Shown piece by piece: positions 60,808 through 64,000 of a stretch of 64,000 bases of DNA. Within the stretch, counting starts at the first letter, position 1; every line of letters starts with the position of its first letter. This DNA comes from a virus, in the IMG/VR virus record IMGVR_UViG_3300030294_000015, positions 1 to 64,000 of that record. One strand, written 5' to 3'. The notes under the pieces are model-generated. The model did no database searches, had not been told where the DNA came from, and saw nothing but the letters and a program-made list of their open reading frames with translations. The position numbers were made by a program, and so were the translations under genes.

Positions 60808-62232
60808 ATAGTCTCCTTCAGTAGATGATAACGCTAAAGAACATATGTTTAGTGTATCTTTAAAACTGGAACTTGTATTGGTTCCTATATCTTCTTCTCT
60901 TATCTTTGGATAATAAGGATAGAATTCATTATTTATATATACAGGTTCTGTTTCTACTGTAGATGATATCCTAATTTTGTTAGGAAATTGTCCAAAATAA
61001 GTATTCATAGGATATCTAGTAATTAAAGCATGTTTATCTTTACACATTTCTACAGCAGCCATATAGAATAAATCACACCATGTTAATCGTCTATTGTAAA
61101 TAGATGTAACCTCATCCATATCTTCTTTCTTTTCTGTATTAGGTGTATTATTACCTTTAAAATACATATATCTAATTTCACCTGTTGTTAATTCTACTTC
61201 TATAGGAATAAATCTATTAGAATATCCATGAATAAATCTCTTCATATATTTCTTTATTACATCATCAGAGAATTGTACAAAAGGTTCTTTTACTTGTACT
61301 AATTTGGCTTCACCTTTTTCATCATATAATATTTTTTGATTAGTACCACCAAATTCATTTTCAAAGAATCTTCTACAATAGAATAATATATAAGGAAATA
61401 AATTTGCTATTGCAGATGCTAAAGGTAATGCACAATGCCTATTATCTACCATTAAATCATCTACAGACTCTACATTCAAATTAGTTTCAGAGACGACTAA
61501 TCTAGAAGAATAGTCAGATGTTTTGGACATTACAGATCTTTTTATAATACCATATTTCTTTCCTAGATTTGGTTCTTTTGTAAACCAATCATAAATTTGT
61601 ACTAATAATTCTTGTACTCTTCCTATAGTTGCAGATGTCATAGAGAAACCAAAGTCATCTGTTTCCTTCAAAGCATTTACTGCTATTATAATAGAATTAT
61701 ACATTTTATTAATTTCACCAACACCTAATGATTTATTCCCTGTATTTACATCTCTATAATATGCTGGGATAATAATATACTTATCTATGAATAGTGTACC
61801 GTTCTTTTTATTATTTGATATAAAGTCTATATTAATATCTCTCTTTAATGAATCTGTGGATTTAAATTTCATTTTATCTATATTACTTTTAAGAAACTCA
61901 ATTCCATTATCCCCATTTTCATCTTCTTCTAATAATCCTTGAGAATTTATTTTAAACTTCTTTACACCATGTACACATTCTTTAACTTTTCTATCCATTC
62001 TACACCATATTTTATAAGATAGTGGATCTATAAAAGATTTATATAAATCAACATAAGCAAATATATTTGCTCTTTGATCTTTAGATATTCCGAATACATC
62101 ATTAGATAATAAACCATCTGACGTTGGAATACCACTACTAACAAAATATATTGGATTTGTGATTTGTTTAAGATTATTCTCTTTAATTAATCTTGCTGGG
62201 TTGAGTGTTTCGATTTTGACATGTCTTTCCAT
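60808..62232 (-). CDS. RNA polymerase beta'-like N-terminal/catalytic subunit, exon 1 (probably virion RNAP)
   Basis: DGLLS..FG, IIPAYYRD, MSKTSDYSSRLVV, ITRYP and GDY|DGD; 543 aa after splicing; late promoter at 62253-62264. Confidence 0.9.
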
Positions 62233-62284
62233 TTTATATCATACTCCTTTCTTAGTTTTGAGTTAAAAAAGAAAAGGCTCAGGA

Positions 62285-62590
62285 TTAACCTGAAACCTTT
62301 TTCATTGTAATACCTATTGTATTATTATTTATATTATAATTTACGTTATATTTATCATATATTGATGATGAATTAATTATAGGTATTGGTTTTTTAGGAT
62401 TGTTTAATTCAAAGTATATTGTATCATTATTTATAAATAAATTGTTTATAAAGAAGTTTTTAAATAATGCACATATTGTATACACAGTCATGATAGCATC
62501 ATGATTATTAGAAAAATAAGAATATTCTAATATATTATTTTGTTTTACAAATTCCATCCTATCTAGTTCTATAACTTTCAATTTCATCAT
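62285..62590 (-). CDS. hypothetical protein
   Basis: 101-aa ORF in the operon. Confidence 0.55.
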   Translation of the reverse strand: MMKLKVIELDRMEFVKQNNILEYSYFSNNHDAIMTVYTICALFKNFFINNLFINNDTIYFELNNPKKPIPIINSSSIYDKYNVNYNINNNTIGITMKKVSG

Positions 62591-62841
62591 CTCCTTCTTT
62601 TAGGCTGTTTAGTTGGTTTCTTAGAAGGAGGTTGTTTCTGATTATTTTGTTTTGTATTAGACATACCAGAACCCATAGCTGCAAGTAACGCTGCTGTACC
62701 TCCCATAGCTTCACCTTCTAATTGTCTTTGACCTTCATCAGTCAACATTTTAGCAGTAATATCCATATACAGTTTATGGAATAACTTATTTCTCATATTC
62801 TCTAATTCTGTAAAAGGGATTTTCTTATAATGATTTATCAT
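62587..62841 (-). CDS. hypothetical protein, possibly a baseplate-hub assembly partner
   Basis: Follows a gp26-like gene; basic tail. Confidence 0.4.
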   Translation of the reverse strand: MINHYKKIPFTELENMRNKLFHKLYMDITAKMLTDEGQRQLEGEAMGGTAALLAAMGSGMSNTKQNNQKQPPSKKPTKQPKRRR

Positions 62842-62852
62842 TATAAGTTTAT

Positions 62853-64000
62853 CTAAATACTTGCTAGTTGAGCCAGCTGATGACGAGTAAAAAGGAGATC
62901 TTCAGCAGTCATATTATATTCTTTATCTACATGATTACATTTAGGACAAGTTCTCTCAGGTAATATATAACTCAATCTATTATCATTAGTTTTAATCTCT
63001 TTATAAATACAATTCCACATTTTTTGGAATTCATTAGACGATAGTTCTTTAGTTATAATTGTACCATACTTTTTAATTTTATTTTTTAATACTTTTCTTA
63101 ATCTATTAGGTTCATTATTCTTAAATTCAGAAGTAAAGTCAATTGGTCTATATTCACCTTTTTCTCTATCTATATAGTATATAGTATCTACATAAGTAAG
63201 AATATTTATTATACTTCCATATTTAGCTCTAAATTCTGGTTCTAATAATAGTGGTTCCATTCTAGTTTTCCAGACTGATGGTGATTTAATCTTTAATATA
63301 TAATCATCTGAAATTTGATAACCTTTACCATTTATAACATAAGGAGAATCATCAGGATTATTTAATAAATCAGAATACTCTTGTTTTACTTTATCAGTTT
63401 CAAATTTCATCATATTCATTATAGGAATATCTGCACTTATATAAGGGAATTGACATTTTTCACATTGAGAAGCTAAAATATTAGAATATTTGAATGATCC
63501 TATATAAGCTCCTCCATATACATGATCTAAATCATCATCTCTTAATGACTTTAGCCATGTAGTTGCATCTGATGGTTTTTTACTTCTTATATGGTCATAT
63601 AATATAGTGAATTTCCTTAAAGTTTGTGTGTATTCACTAACATCTTTTTCTAATGGTGCTGCTAATTCATTAACTTCAAAACCTTCTAATTCTTCAAAAG
63701 AAAATGTTCTTTTAGAATTCCATAATACATGTTCTATAACATCTTTATGTCTTGTAGATTTAGCATTATTGACATTTATTGGTGATCCTACTTTAAATGT
63801 AGACATATCAATTACATTTTTAATAGGATGTAATAATTTAGAAAGATTACCTTTCATATCATCGAATGCTTTATCTAATTCTTCTTGGGATAATATTAAA
63901 TCTTTTTCTTCTTTATTATCTTCTTCTATACGAGACTCTTCATCTGGAATATCTATATAATCTTTATTATCAGAATCTTCTGATGATTTAGTTATCTCTT
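62853..64000 (-). CDS. Baseplate hub assembly protein-like (T4 gp26-like); 5' end lies beyond the window
   Basis: CEKC and CPKC pairs, LLFTR end; frame remains open from 63857 to the window edge. Confidence 0.5.
   Translation of the reverse strand, partial: EITKSSEDSDNKDYIDIPDEESRIEEDNKEEKDLILSQEELDKAFDDMKGNLSKLLHPIKNVIDMSTFKVGSPINVNNAKSTRHKDVIEHVLWNSKRTFSFEELEGFEVNELAAPLEKDVSEYTQTLRKFTILYDHIRSKKPSDATTWLKSLRDDDLDHVYGGAYIGSFKYSNILASQCEKCQFPYISADIPIMNMMKFETDKVKQEYSDLLNNPDDSPYVINGKGYQISDDYILKIKSPSVWKTRMEPLLLEPEFRAKYGSIINILTYVDTIYYIDREKGEYRPIDFTSEFKNNEPNRLRKVLKNKIKKYGTIITKELSSNEFQKMWNCIYKEIKTNDNRLSYILPERTCPKCNHVDKEYNMTAEDLLFTRHQLAQLASI

Noticed and set aside
8258-63960. Short antisense or overlapping ORFs in the track (8258, 9104, 10548, 11612, 17128, 20527, 22913, 23215, 25188, 27703, 28295, 29171, 29861, 30288, 31041, 35097, 35439, 37811, 45451, 46998, 50394, 51808, 63607)
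   Set aside because: They are shadows of well-supported genes, with no RBS and the typical I/F/S/L-rich antisense composition.
1-64000. Stop-codon reassignment or inteins as the cause of broken core genes
   Set aside because: The breaks are fully explained by group I introns with correct P1/P10 pairing; other genes are intact in code 11 and no intein termini were seen.
1-64000. tRNA, rRNA, chimallin or PhuZ genes
   Set aside because: None recognisable by eye in this window, so a phage nucleus cannot be claimed from this sequence.

Overview
Very AT-rich, gene-dense 64-kb segment of a jumbo myophage of the phiKZ/AR9/PBS1-like group. Strong AGGAGG ribosome-binding sites and a Spo0A-like gene point to a spore-forming Firmicute host. 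It encodes virion and packaging genes (portal, tail sheath and tube, terminase plus two degenerate terminase paralogs, prohead protease, major capsid), a family-B DNA polymerase split into two distant genes, an SF2 helicase, a primase, a GroEL-like chaperonin, three beta'-like RNA polymerase pieces and a probable sigma-like subunit. Three related group I introns interrupt the DNA polymerase (after NSLYG), the RNAP catalytic motif (DY|DGD) and the sigma-like gene; their splice sites can be read from P1/P10 pairing. There are also three free-standing HNH genes. Two promoter classes recur: early AATTRTATATTAT and late AAC(A/T)-N6-T(A/G). The most striking undescribed signal is a short peptide motif, F-M-x-R, present 15 times in 11 proteins, mostly in terminal tails. 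It marks both DNA polymerase halves, the helicase, the early-expressed RNAP subunits and all five HNH nucleases, and I did not find it in virion proteins. A PCNA-like sliding-clamp candidate lies directly behind the polymerase gene. All calls are by-eye motif recognition; no searches were run.
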